Shown here in pieces: positions 25,700 to 38,337 of a stretch of 64,000 nt of DNA. The notes beneath the pieces are model-generated. The model made no database searches. It was not told where the DNA came from and saw only the letters and a program-made list of their open reading frames with translations. Made by a program: the position numbers and the translations under genes. The DNA is from Laetmonice hystrix (lineage: Eukaryota), in the NCBI GenBank assembly GCA_965235115.1, contig OZ249436.1, positions 1,428,001 through 1,492,000 on the forward strand. The letters run 5' to 3'. Positions within the stretch are counted from its first letter, which is position 1; each line of letters opens with the position of its first letter.

Positions 25700-26203
25700 T
25701 CCCCGACCTGGCTGTCTCCCGCGACCTTCACCTTTAGTACCCATAGATACCAAAGGTTGGCACCAGACGGCGCCACGGAGCGTACACTCGGGATTGCCAA
25801 GCAATGTACAGGTAGGATCCCATTCCCCCAATGGTTTTCTATCATTACCTACATTTTTTCTCTACTTTAGTTTGACTGTCCTGTGATTCAGCCAACTGTG
25901 GAACCATCCACACCAACCTGCTGGCTCACTCTACCAAGGGCAGAGCTGGCCAAGAGTTCTCTTGTAACTTCAAGAAGACCGCTTAGCCTAATGTATGTAG
26001 CCTAGGGCCTAATCTTTATTTCCGCTCTCCACCAATATAAGATTCAAGAATACAATATACTCTTCCAATATAAGGTTCAAGAATATAATATCTTAGAGAG
26101 TTACATCTACAGTTATAAATACAAAGGTCCAGCTATTCAATTAAGTCTGTTCCCAGCAAGGGTCCACCAACCCACCCTGCCTGCATGGAGGAATGTGGGA
26201 GTC

Positions 26204-26382
26204 CAGTGGCGTAGGCACTGGACCCGGGGGGGGGGGGGGGGGGGTGCTGGAAATAACCAACGTCGTAGGCGCTGCAAATTAATTGTGAGGGGGCTGTGGG
26301 CAACAAGCGCACAAAAAAAAAGAATTGGGCAAATTGAGGGGGGTGCTTGAGCACCCCAAGCACCCCCCTGGGTATGCTACTC
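26204..26382. mobile_element. Short degenerate MITE
   Basis: cagtggcgta ... tatgctactc imperfect TIRs, flanked by similar ggagtc sequences. Confidence 0.45.
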
Positions 26383-26591
26383 AGGAGTCACCGCCGACCC
26401 CGACCTTATCAGTAGGCCTAGCAGTTACGTAACGCTGCCGACCCCGGGCGCTATTGAGTCGGTGGTCTCGAGTGACAAACATTTTATTGTTAAGACTATC
26501 GACTCTACCGATTAAAACTTACAATTCTGACCATATTACCTTTCCAAGAACTAAACGATCAGTGGTAGGCTATACCTGACTCTACATACAC

Positions 26592-26938
26592 CATAGTTGC
26601 CAACATTGGAGAGTGAAAAAGAGGTAGGGCCTAGACCTCTAGGTCTGTTGCTGGTCTGCGGAGGCGCGATGTGCCAAAGGCACATTGGCCTGCTAGGGGG
26701 CCCGGGGGCAGGCTCCCCCCGGAAAAAATTGAAACTAAAAGGTGCAAATCGTGCATTCTCCAGCAATCTAGGATGAAAATCACCTTATGAAAGTCAGGCT
26801 TGGCATGAGGTAAAAGAACAAAACTGACAAAAGCGGTAGATTTTTAATTATCAGAAATCCAAATGCGGTAGGCGGTAGCAGAGCTTAAAAAGCGGTAGGC
26901 CTATTCTACCGCCCAAAGCGGTAGAGTTGGCAACTATG
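26592..26938. mobile_element. MITE with 13-bp TIRs (hAT-like)
   Basis: catagttgccaac ... gttggcaactatg; no clean TSD. Confidence 0.7.
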
Positions 26939-29900
26939 CATGTATACACTTTGTAGGCCTAACTGTTATATTTGTAGATGGCTATCATACACGTTTCAAG
27001 ATAGAGCCTGTCAAAGTCAGATTACATATTTCATCATAAATACAAAATTATTGGTCGATTTATGAAAATAATTAGGCAAAGCGACCAATCCTTAATAGAA
27101 GCACACATCTAGTGACCAAATACATATTCCTATCTCATTGAAGCAGTTTTAGCAAAAAGTGCCAAATTTTAAAGTCACGTGACTCTCTAAATATAGGTCA
27201 AATTCCTGACCGTGTCTATAAAGGGCCACCTCATGACACTCTTTAGACAGATTTTAGGTATAGATTTCAAAATATCTAGGGAGGAGATGACATTTAGGCC
27301 TAAGCTGTTTACCATCTTTGACCTAGATCTCCAATAGACCAAAAGGTCACAGGTGAAATTCAAGTACATGTTTATTAACCTAACCTGTAACTACCTAATT
27401 AGAAACTATCATTCATGGAGATTGCTGCTGCTACTCTTCCAGAAATTCCAGAAATGAGCCCTCCTTTGAAAAACTTTAGTACGTCACAAATCAGTGACGT
27501 TACGTCATATGACGTAATCGGTCACTAGCTGATCTGCAGTTTAGTGTATGATCAATGTTCTCTGCAAGTTTCATGACGATACCTTCAGAGATAACCGAGA
27601 TATGGCCATAGTCTAACACACAAGAAGAAGAAGAAGAAGAAGAAGAAGAAGAAGAAGAAGAAGAAGAAGAATCTCATTTCCCCCTTCGGTTCTTGTAATT
27701 GTAAGTTTGATACAACGATCCGATAGATTGCCCCCCCCCCCCAATGGGGAATGGGAATTAATTTTTTTTCTTCTGCTTTTTTGTGTTGTTCCTAAAGGCT
27801 ATGACCAAAAAAGATTAGTGTAATACAGAATTGGTATAACAACACATTGTGTCTGGAAAGTTCAGTTACCTCGGGATTCCCGGTTGCTCCGTCCAGCGAC
27901 AGCTTACGTCTGGTGGCGCCACCTCTTGGCCAGTGGGTTACCTCAGGGATTGATAGTGGACGCTATGTTACATCCAGAAAAGCGAGAACATTTAACACTT
28001 GTATTTTAAAGGGATTGACGAAAATATTTGTATCTTGTTGGAGAAATACGGAGGGTACGGAACTATACCTCGTTTGCGTCCATGTTTTCAATGGGCCAAT
28101 CAGAGCGCTCACTTCGATTGGCCATCACCAGGCTCTATATACGTAGTGTATACGTAGTGTTTAGACCGGGAACCAGGCTAAGAGATTGAGACCAAACTGC
28201 GCATGCTCGTCCTCTGGAGCAAGAGCGACCTCTGGTGGAAGTTTAGGATTGAGACCAACTATGACGCTTTGTTTGCCGCCAGGTGGATGGCAATCTTGGA
28301 AAAAAAAATTTTCCCACATTAGTTCTGGATAGCCATTAGCATACAGCCAATCAGAAACAAGCACACACATGGCGCCTTATTATAGCGTGATAGAGCGATA
28401 GAGTCTGGCGTTCACTGATTGGCTGTATGCCAATGAAGCCAGAATGGTATCCGGAACTAATGTGGGGGAAAAAAAATCGCGTCCGGCGACAGATCCTCTC
28501 ACTCGGCGCTACCTCGACAGAATCATATCTCGGCCGTAAAGGTCAGGTCGCCATTTTTGAAAGTAGTCACACAACAAAACAAACCCATGTGCTTTCCACA
28601 GCTGCCATCTTGGCCTTTGTCGCTATAAAAAAAATTCTAGTTGGTGTTCACGGAAGGGACGGTGATCAGAGTTATGAGAAATAACGTCCTCCTTAATTTG
28701 TATCTCGCCTAGACTGCCTCACGAGTTTCCGAGCGCTTCGCGCTAGCAGTTAGCACTAGCAGCGGCGGCCCGCTGTCAGTAGCTGTGACTATGACGATGG
28801 GACGAATGGCGCCATAAGCCATTTCCGAGTTGAGCATGTTTCTCTCTGTTTTGGTTTAACTGCGCGACTTTCCTTTGGTTATCGGACAGTTTTCAAGTGC
28901 ATAATGCAAACACTCATCAACCGCTGCCATTACGCTGTAGGGATTAGGCCTACTTGGTCAGCGCGCATTCTGCCCCCTGCCTGCTCACTCAGTATTTATT
29001 CGCGCCGCATCACAAAGTCACACAAATTTGTCACACTCGAGGTGAAAATCCGAACCCACCGGAAGGTGGCGGACTTTCCCGAGGGTTCCCGAATGACATC
29101 CTTTCGGCCCTCGCACAGTCGTCACCATGTTGGATCTTCTTTCATCACGTGACACAACGTGGTCAAAACGGCGACGGCCGACACACCGACAAAGGTGAAA
29201 GACAAGCAGTGTCTGGCTTGTTTAAAAACAGATCTCCGCTTGATACCTCTGACAAGTGGATTAGACGTCAGAGAAAATCTATTTAGGTCTCTACAGATAC
29301 TTTTTTTAGATGTTGACATTCCTATTGGCATTGTTTATCGTCAAGGTCACCGTTTGTCCCACGGACGAGCTGTCTCACTTGGAATTCCCTCGGGATTCCT
29401 TTGGGCGTATGACGTCATTTCTTATGTTGATGCAAGCTAGTAAAGTCGTATGATTTCATAAATACTGCAAAACGGAATGTGTCGCGGCTGCTATATAAGA
29501 ACGATCGAGACTGCAAATCTTTGGAAATTATCCATCTTTCCTGATGAACAATCCCGCGTTAGGCCGAATACTGACGGTCTATGAACTACTTTGCGCCGTT
29601 GCGCACTACGCGAGTTGTGATGTGCCCAAACCCGTGGAATCACTATCTCTACGGCATTCGGGATTCCCTCGGGCATATGACGTCATATCTGCATATACCC
29701 TCGGGTGAAATGGGCGCCATTGGCAACCAGATACATGGCGAAATCGACCTGTGTAGCGAGGCACTGAGTGAACCGTCCTATCCCATCGAGCCAGAAAGTA
29801 GTGCATTATTGAAACCTGCTTCTTGGCATCGTCTGTGCAAATATATATTTGTGGTATGAATGGGAACGTTTGAACTGAAAAAATCAATTACCTAATTTAC

Positions 29901-31439
29901 CTAAATGGGCGTGATACGGTAATTTATCAAATTATGGGAAGCAATATGGCTGCGCCCATGAACGACAGCACCACGACAGATGGTACGACTACTTGTATCA
30001 TGAACATGATACTCTCGTAATATTGCCCACTGACTATGGGAAAAACACTGGAGGCCTATTTTAGTTGCTTCCATGCCTGATGCAGGCAAAATACTGCAAG
30101 CACTGCCATGCTGGCGAGAGTCCCAGCTAAATGTACCCGCGATGCAATGCTCAAAATGGCGCTTATTTTACCCGAGGCTACTTTCGAAGATATGGCCGAG
30201 GATTCCCGAATGTCTCTACGGCTTGCGAGGTCCGAGACCACAACTAGCGAAGCGACCGGAAGTTGTGCCGAGGTTTTCCGAATGTCTTGGAATATAGTCT
30301 AGAGTTCGCGAGTTTTGGAAAGGTTGCATTGCTCCCTCCCCGGGAATTGTTGCCCTTGCTTTTCTATGTAGCCGACTAGAGGTCTAAATGAGGTTTCGAT
30401 TTGCTTTTCTTCCACCATTACACTTGGGTTGGGTGTAGATTTACTAACCACGAAATCGAAACCGTCGAGAAGGTAAAAAAAAAATCATTTTAGGGCTGTT
30501 ATTATAAGAAAAAAAGTTACAAAGTCAGAAAGGGACAACTTCCATAAAAAAAAAGTCTTTAAGGGAACTTCAGAATTACTCTGAATATAAAATGGAATGA
30601 ATCCTTAGTGAGAATTTAATCCGAACCGCATTATTAAGACTCAATCAAGAAATACATTAATTGGATATTTTGATTGAATTCGGTTTTCCATCGGCTTTTG
30701 CCCTTTCAATTTCATACCCATGGGAACGTCATGGTCGTGTAAGAATGATAATTGTAAAGTCATTGAACAGTTGAATAGTTTCATTTCACATTCTTTATTT
30801 CAATGCATTACGGATCCAGGATATATCTTTTTTGTTAATCTTTATTCAGGAAAATACATTCGGCTTAAATGCCCTAACAAATGGTGTCCTGTAAATATAC
30901 ATCTTCCTTCGTGACGTCTCACAACTATCGTCATGTCTTTATTTTAATACAGTTACGGATCCAGGATTTCAGCCCGGACTCTTTCAGGGAACAGCGGCCA
31001 GTTTCACCAGCAAAAAAAGTCCTAAAATGTCAATGTCAGTATTCATGAAGGCAACACTAAGACACCAAGACTCCCTGCTGTGACTAAAACAAGACTTGAC
31101 CAATACTCTAGATCCTCTACCAGACCTACCATCAAGAACGACTGAAACACAGACTAACTTCTATCTACATTCGACAACCACTAAGCATGAGCTCGACAAA
31201 TCTATTTCAAGACAAGTAGATCCTCGAGAACCAAATAAAACTAACCTGAACTCCTCCATAAGGATCAAATCCACCCTACGACTAACCACTTGATGAACCT
31301 ACAACCTAACTATATGCCACCTACGTGAACACTGACATTGACTTCTGAATTAGAATACAAATTTATTTAACGGCCCATGTCCCGCATGGCTGAGATTTTA
31401 TAGCATGTAATTAAGTAGCCAACACTTATGGTGCATGGT

Positions 31440-32780
31440 CACTTCTGTTACTGGCCAACAGGCCGAAAATCTTCTTGATGCCTCCTCCATGTTGCTCCGT
31501 GCTAGCGAAACTCCCTCGCGTCCAATCCAGAAATTGCTGCCTTGGTCCCATTGACAGCACGTCTTTCTGAAAGTACCAAGTTCAGAACATGAGTTACGCC
31601 TGTATACGATATTAATGTGTAGGTAGTGGTCATTTATATAAATCTTTACAAAACTAGCCTATACCCCCAGTCTCAAATGGACCTCATACTTCTGTGTCCA
31701 ACCAATGCCACTGCCACTAGTTTTGAGGGAGTGATCCGACTTACTTGTAAACCGTCTGTAGACTTCATTTTGAGAAGGGTCCCGCCAGGCCTATTGACTC
31801 GACTTCACTGAGGGTCCCTGCTCCAGCTCCGTGTGTTGTCCATCCTCCCGTGAATCCACCTGGAGAATAATGACAGGAAACTTATCACTGGTCAGAAAGC
31901 AGCAAACATCATCGATACTTACAAACCTGCAGCTAGGACTTCCACATGGGTGGTCTACTTTCCTGACAAAAAAATGGACTTTTCTGGAAACAATAGTGGA
32001 CATCTACTTCATACGTCGTTTATTTCAAATTGTATGCTACACCAGTACTTACCTGAAAACTTATCCTCGACAACATATCCTCGACAACATATCCTCGACA
32101 ACATATCCTCACTTCTCTTACTGGCCAACAGGCCGAAAATCTTCTTGATGCCTCCTCCATATTGTCCCGTGCTAACGTAACTCCCTCACGTCCAATCCAG
32201 AAATTGCTGCCTTGGTCCCATTGACAGCAGGTCCTTCTGAAAGTACCAAGTTCAGAACATGAGTTACGCCTGTATACGATAATAATGTGTAGGTAGTGGT
32301 CATTTATATAAATCTTTACAAAACTAGCCTATACCCCCAGTCTCAAATGGACCTCATACTTCTGTGTCCAATAATGTCCCCTTACCCGATTCAGCCTCGC
32401 CACTGCCCCACTAGTTTTGAGGGAGTGCTCTGACTTACTTGTAAATCGTCTGTAGACTTCATTTTGAGAAGGCCCCCGCCAGGCCTATTGACTCGTCGTC
32501 ACTGGAGGTCCTTCCTCCAGCTCCGTGTGTTGTCCATCCTCCCGTGAAACCACCTGGAGAATAATGACAGGAAACTTATCACTGGTCAGGAAGCAGCAAA
32601 CATCATCGATACTTACAAACCTGCAGCTAGGACTTCCACATGGGTGGTCTACTTTCCTGAAAAAACGGACTTTTCTGGAAACAATAGTGGACATCTACTT
32701 CATACGTCGTTTATTTCAAATTGTATGCTACACCAGTGCTTACCTGAAAACTTATCCTCGACAACATATCCTCGACTTCA
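31440..32780. repeat. Direct tandem duplication of about 670 bp (two diverged copies)
   Basis: 31440-32109 aligns with 32110-32780 (e.g. ttactggccaacaggccgaaaatcttcttgatgcc twice); junction has repeated tcctcgacaacata. Confidence 0.9.
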
Positions 32781-35700
32781 GGAGAAACTTCCGGTTGAAA
32801 TGAACCATGCTTTCCTCGACAATGTTGTCTGTGGGACAAGAAATGAGAAGTCATTGTTATAGATCATAGTTTACGCTCTGTCAGTCTCATGGTCGATTCC
32901 TAGCCTTACCCTGCCAGACCATAACCTTTAAATAAATGGCCACAATAACCCGAGAATACTTACCTTCACAGAAATGGTTGATCAAAACCTGAGCGCCTGC
33001 ATCATCCTCCCACACACTGTCAGGGCAGCCACGTACCTGGCTATAGTAGAGTCTGGAAGATTCAAATAGAACATTCTAAATTGTCAGTTCATACCTTTAA
33101 CACTGTATAAAATTACACACAGGCAAGAGTTGTTCATCTATAAGGATTACCAGACAAAGAACAGTTTGTCACCTCAAAACCATTATGAATAGGTTAAGTG
33201 TAAGAGACAGACGTACGAAAACATATACATGTAGTTACCTCTTCAGTTGGTGGCAGTTCAGGATGATCTTTTCACCTGTGTCCCTTCATGCATTTGGTTG
33301 GCCTGTTCACCTCAAGAAACATCATTTTGACAGTCGTTCTCATGAAAATATAGGAAATCAAGAGTTATTTGTTCAAACCCTGAAATAAAAATTTGGTTAA
33401 CGTCAAGTCAATACCCAAAAGTCACCGGTGTGGTCAATGGGAGTTTACAAATAAAGGCAGACGCTGGGAGGGGGATAACCATTTTATTGTCCTCGTTCAC
33501 CTTGTCTGTTGATCAACAGACAGTCTGTACAATGTCTGTTTGCGGATTACCAGCTTCCTGGCCACTTCAGATGGTGAAATGATGCTTGAACTTGATGATC
33601 CTTGGCTGTATACCGTGTGACAGTAAGTTGTAGAACTTGTCCCAGTAAGTGAGGTGACATGTGTCGTCTGGTCGATCTGATGACTTGCAGCATAAAAATC
33701 GCGCGCCCTGAAAGATCTTTATTGAAACACGTCATGGCGATTACATCGAAGTGATCCTACAGGCTCTAACCAAGCCAGACACTATAATATAGTACAAACA
33801 CTAGAACCTAAGATATGCTCAATACATCAAGTTTCCTTACACTATCTACACGGTCGTTCTGGTGCTGTCGGTTTCAAACGACCACTTCCTCCTCAGACGG
33901 CATCATGCCCACATTCAACCTCACTCCGAGACACCAGTCGATATGGAAATGGAAAACAATCAAAGTTAATATATGTACAGCAGACGTCATGATTCTGAAA
34001 AAAAAATCCCAGTCCAAAAACAAATATTGAAAGTCAACTATCCGACTTTCAATATTCTGCCTTCATTTGAACTGGGATAGGGGAAGTACAAGCATAGAGG
34101 AGGTCCCTATCGTGTTTGCCCTACCTACCTAACTGACAATCTAACCTGAAACGAACCTAAAGCTAGCTTACTTGACAATCCGGTGTAGAGGGATGAACGG
34201 CGTCCTTTCTAGCAGCTGAAGGCCCCCTACAATACAAAAGTTAGTCTCATCCTACCTGTCGACGACAGTTGGTCGATGTGGACTGTGTTGAAAGTTCTTG
34301 GTTTAGAGTTCATTTCTCCAACTGCACGGTTTAGAGAATGTCAGTGTCAGTAATCCATTCCCAGTGTGAGTATAATCCATGTGAAGATGCAGGTAGTGCA
34401 TGAATATCCTGTTTAAATTCACGCAGGGCGTGCTTGAGTCACACAAGTCAATCACAGTCGACGCTGATAGCTTGACCCTGGGGTCTCCCGTCTGTGCGCT
34501 GCAGGTGCGCATCCAGAATTGGTGTCTACGGGGTCCACTTTTTGATCCCACGGCGGGCCGGTAAATTCGGCGGTGTCTAAAAATACATTTTTGGATCCAT
34601 GATCTCTTGCCGAGTTGGTAACAGCGCTGGGTCGTCTGCCTGGTGGGTGTCGCGACTGTAAGGCCACGTTTTGAACACTGTTTGCCGAGTTGTTTTGTGA
34701 CTTTGGCCCTGACTCCACTGAACCTTGTTTTAAAAATGCCAATGTCGCAAGGAAATTCACATACTGTTGGCAGGCTGCAGGCAATGTCGCTGTCGCAATC
34801 TGAGCGCACGTACGTGGTCAGTAAGAACCACACCGGGTGACACACGACTCAATCCTCTCCGGCACATGTCAACGAATGGCCGAATGATTGGCGTGGTGGT
34901 ACTTTTATAGTCACCAACCACGTAGATCTGACGTCATGGCCATTTCCTAATATGGATCTCATGTCCTTGTGCGTTGCTCCCGTTATGGAAACCGCCGAAA
35001 ACAGGTCCTTCAGAATCCGCAGCCGAAAAGGCTCAAGTCATTCCACCGGTATGGTCCGCGCGTAGGAATATTGTTTCATTATTCATGAGAGGAAGTATTC
35101 AAAAACACGTGTTCAGGAAGTAGGCCTCAATCTGCGCGGACTATTCCGTCCTTCGCAACTCAAGATGATATATATGTAGGCCATAGGTTACTGCATGCTT
35201 TCTTGGATTTTCTTCTTGCCTGTCAAAATTGTTCTGTGAATCAAAAATGGCATATCCAGGGAGCAAGCACTCACCCACCACCCCTAAGGCCAAAAAAATC
35301 CCGGTTTCCGGTCCGCGCGCGCGTCACTTCAGATGCCGCGCATCATTTCTTTTTTCTAGCGGTAAGGCTTAACACTAACCATTGTTGTACATTGGGTAAG
35401 GTCAAATCTAAAAGTTAAATAAGTGTTAACGCTAGGTATTTAGAAAGTGTACTACTAATCCAAAATTTGACCTCGTCCTGGGTGTTTACTTAACACTGAG
35501 TTAACACTGTCACAACAACGTGTTAACACCTAAAACACACCTTGTAAACACCTAGATAACCCAGGTGCCCCCTTAGTCTCAGTAAGGTCCCAGGTGTCTT
35601 TGGAATACCATAGAAAACCTATACCTAAAGTGTTAACCGCCTGAGACTTCTGAGAGAGCCCCATTTGTGCCGTTATCCATGAAAAATTTAGATTTCCTTT

Positions 35701-36111
35701 GTTGTGAATCTATTTCCATGATAGGTGGGATCACATAAACGTCAACAAAATTAAAAATAAAAAAATTGAATTTTTGTTCACGAATAGCACCTTTAACCAC
35801 TAAACATCGCAAACGACGGTATACCCTACAAGTATTTCGATGACCTATAAAGGTGTTATTTTGGGAACTCTTTCAAGCTGTTGTAGGCTATATATGGTTC
35901 AGCCAAACTATCGACGTCTATATAGTCTTGTTTTCAGGCAAATATTCTATAAGGATCTCGAGACATCCACCTAGATGTGTGTCGGGGAGTCGCAGATTGG
36001 CCCATCTACTCTCAGATGAATAACCCAAGGAAAACAAAAACGAAAGGACATAACGTTATTATCATTTTAATCAACCTTTTCTTGTTTTCAGGCAAATCGT
36101 CAAACACAGAC

Positions 36112-37377
36112 ATGGAAAAGTCAGAGAAGGATAAAACGACGACGTCGTTTGCCGTGTTAAAATGTCTGAGTATTCAAGCCGTTAGTTGGGTTCGTGTAAC
36201 TGCTGTGGCCTTATCAGGATTATTGTTAATAAGGCTGAGAGGAACCGTCGGTGTTTTACATCTCAACCTTTACCGGGCAGTCGCCATGCTCATCGGTGTC
36301 ACCCCAGCACTGATGGCATTTGGTGTTGATGTTCGAATACCAGACAGAACAAAATGGCCGCTGCTCGCTCTTCTTGGCTTTCTTGATTCTGTAGCAGGAG
36401 TAGCATACCAGGGACTTTTCTACCATATCCGCCTAGCTGAGGGATTCTCGTATTATCAAGTTGCTTTTCTTTTATCAGTGGGGGCAATGACCCGTTTCTG
36501 GATGAAAGAGAAGTTGAACTGTATAGACTTGGTTTTCGCTGCTCTAACACTGGCTGGATCAGTCGCCATTGGGGTTCCACACGGACCAGTTTATTACGGA
36601 AGTGAAATCACACCAATTGGCGTCCTTTCTAACTGCGGACCTTGTTCAGATAAAACAGACGGAAACTGCAACACATTGGTACGGGATTTCGTGACGAACC
36701 ATCGCGTAGAAAAACATATATACGACAATGGTTCTTTACAATACCGTCTGGTTTACAGTCATGAAGGAAGGAATTCCACATGGACGAATGGAACTAAACC
36801 TCTCAGCATGGACACGGCCAAGTATCTCATGGCAACAGCAGGGACGCATACCATCTCAATTATTGCAGGAGTATCGTCTGCTCTCTTCCTCGTCATCATC
36901 GCGTACCCCATCCGGGACTTACATATTCTGGTCACGATCTTCTGGCTCTCACTTCTGAACCTAGTCGGTAATTTTATAGCAACGTTTTATTTTACAGACA
37001 GATATTTACCTCAGGTGGATCTCAACTGCCTTCTGGTACTATTAGGATTTGTTGTTTCCAGTTCAGTGCAGAATATTTCATTCCTATTCTGTGGTCGATC
37101 TTTCCCGCCGCTATGTGTCGCCACCAACAGTTCGCCGGTCCTTGTTATATTTCTGGTGGCCCAGTATGTCTGGTTTGGAGTGTATCTACCTGACTCTATA
37201 AATCTACCACACACTATCGGATGTGTCATCATCATTTTCAGCTTTATTTTACACCTCCTCGTGAGAACAATAGATACCGTTGTTTCTCTCTACCCGAGAG
37301 GGGCCAGCACCGATTCTACGTTTCTATCGCAAAATTCAATGTCATTTGGAAGACATAAAAATAATAGTGACCGTTGA
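36112..37377 (+). CDS. EamA/DMT-superfamily (SLC35G-like) multi-pass membrane transporter
   Basis: Two blocks of about five hydrophobic helices separated by a hydrophilic loop; F-WMKEKL motif typical of the end of an EamA repeat; acceptor cttgttttcag at 36091 before ATG 36112. An upstream coding exon is possible. Confidence 0.7.
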   Translation: MEKSEKDKTTTSFAVLKCLSIQAVSWVRVTAVALSGLLLIRLRGTVGVLHLNLYRAVAMLIGVTPALMAFGVDVRIPDRTKWPLLALLGFLDSVAGVAYQGLFYHIRLAEGFSYYQVAFLLSVGAMTRFWMKEKLNCIDLVFAALTLAGSVAIGVPHGPVYYGSEITPIGVLSNCGPCSDKTDGNCNTLVRDFVTNHRVEKHIYDNGSLQYRLVYSHEGRNSTWTNGTKPLSMDTAKYLMATAGTHTISIIAGVSSALFLVIIAYPIRDLHILVTIFWLSLLNLVGNFIATFYFTDRYLPQVDLNCLLVLLGFVVSSSVQNISFLFCGRSFPPLCVATNSSPVLVIFLVAQYVWFGVYLPDSINLPHTIGCVIIIFSFILHLLVRTIDTVVSLYPRGASTDSTFLSQNSMSFGRHKNNSDR

Positions 37378-37532
37378 TAATAAGAGGTTGAGTATAATTA
37401 CATGTGTGATAATATTCATGAGGAGATTTATAAGCGTATAGGAAAAGAGTAATAAACGATGTTGTGATTATAACTTTTGTAGGTTCTGATGTGATAAGAT
37501 TTCTCATTCCGCGCTTCCTGAGTCTGGCGCCT

Positions 37533-38337
37533 CGTTCTGGAAAACTTCCTGACAATGGCCATGGTAATGATGTAATTATTTCAAGAGTTTGTAAAACTTC
37601 CTGACAATGGCCATGATAATGATGTAATTATTTCAAGAGTTTGTAAAACTTCCTGACAATGGCCATGGTAATGATGTAATTATTTCATGTAATTATTTCA
37701 AGAGTTTGTAAAACTTCCTGACAGTGGCCATGATAATGATGTAATTATTTCAAGAGTTTGTAAAACTTCCTGACAATGGCCATGGTAATGATGTAATTAT
37801 TTCAAGAGTTTGTAAAACTTCCTGACAATGGCCATGGTAATGATGTAATTATTTCATGTAATTATTTCAAGAGTTTGTAAAACTTCCTGACAGTGGCCAT
37901 GGTAATGATGTAATTATTTCATGTAATTATTTCAAGAGTTTGTAAAACTTCCTGACAATGGCCATGGTAATGATGTAATTATTTCAAGAGTTTGTAAAAC
38001 TTCCTGACAATGGCCATGGTAATGATGTAATTATTTCAAGAGTTTGTAAAACTTCCTGACAGTGGCCATGGTAATGATGTAATTATTTCATGTAATTATT
38101 TCAAGAGTTTGTAAAACTTCCTGACAGTGGCCATGGTAATGATGTAATTATTTCATGTAATTATTTCAAGAGTTTGTAAAACTTCCTGACAGTGGCCATG
38201 ATAATGATGTAATTATTTCAAGAGTTTGTAAAACTTCCTGACAATGGCCATGATAATGATGTAATTATTTCAAGAGTTTGTAAAACTTCCTGACAGTGGC
38301 CATGATAATGATGTAATTATTTCGAGAGTTTGTAAAA
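37533..38337. repeat. 52/66-bp tandem repeat overlapping the 3' end of the kelch ORF
   Basis: Unit aaaacttcctgacaatggccatggtaatgatgtaattatttcaagagtttgt. Confidence 0.92.

Noticed and set aside
26960..27672. Probable non-autonomous interspersed repeat ending in (aag)n
   Set aside because: Termini and target site could not be defined well enough to call
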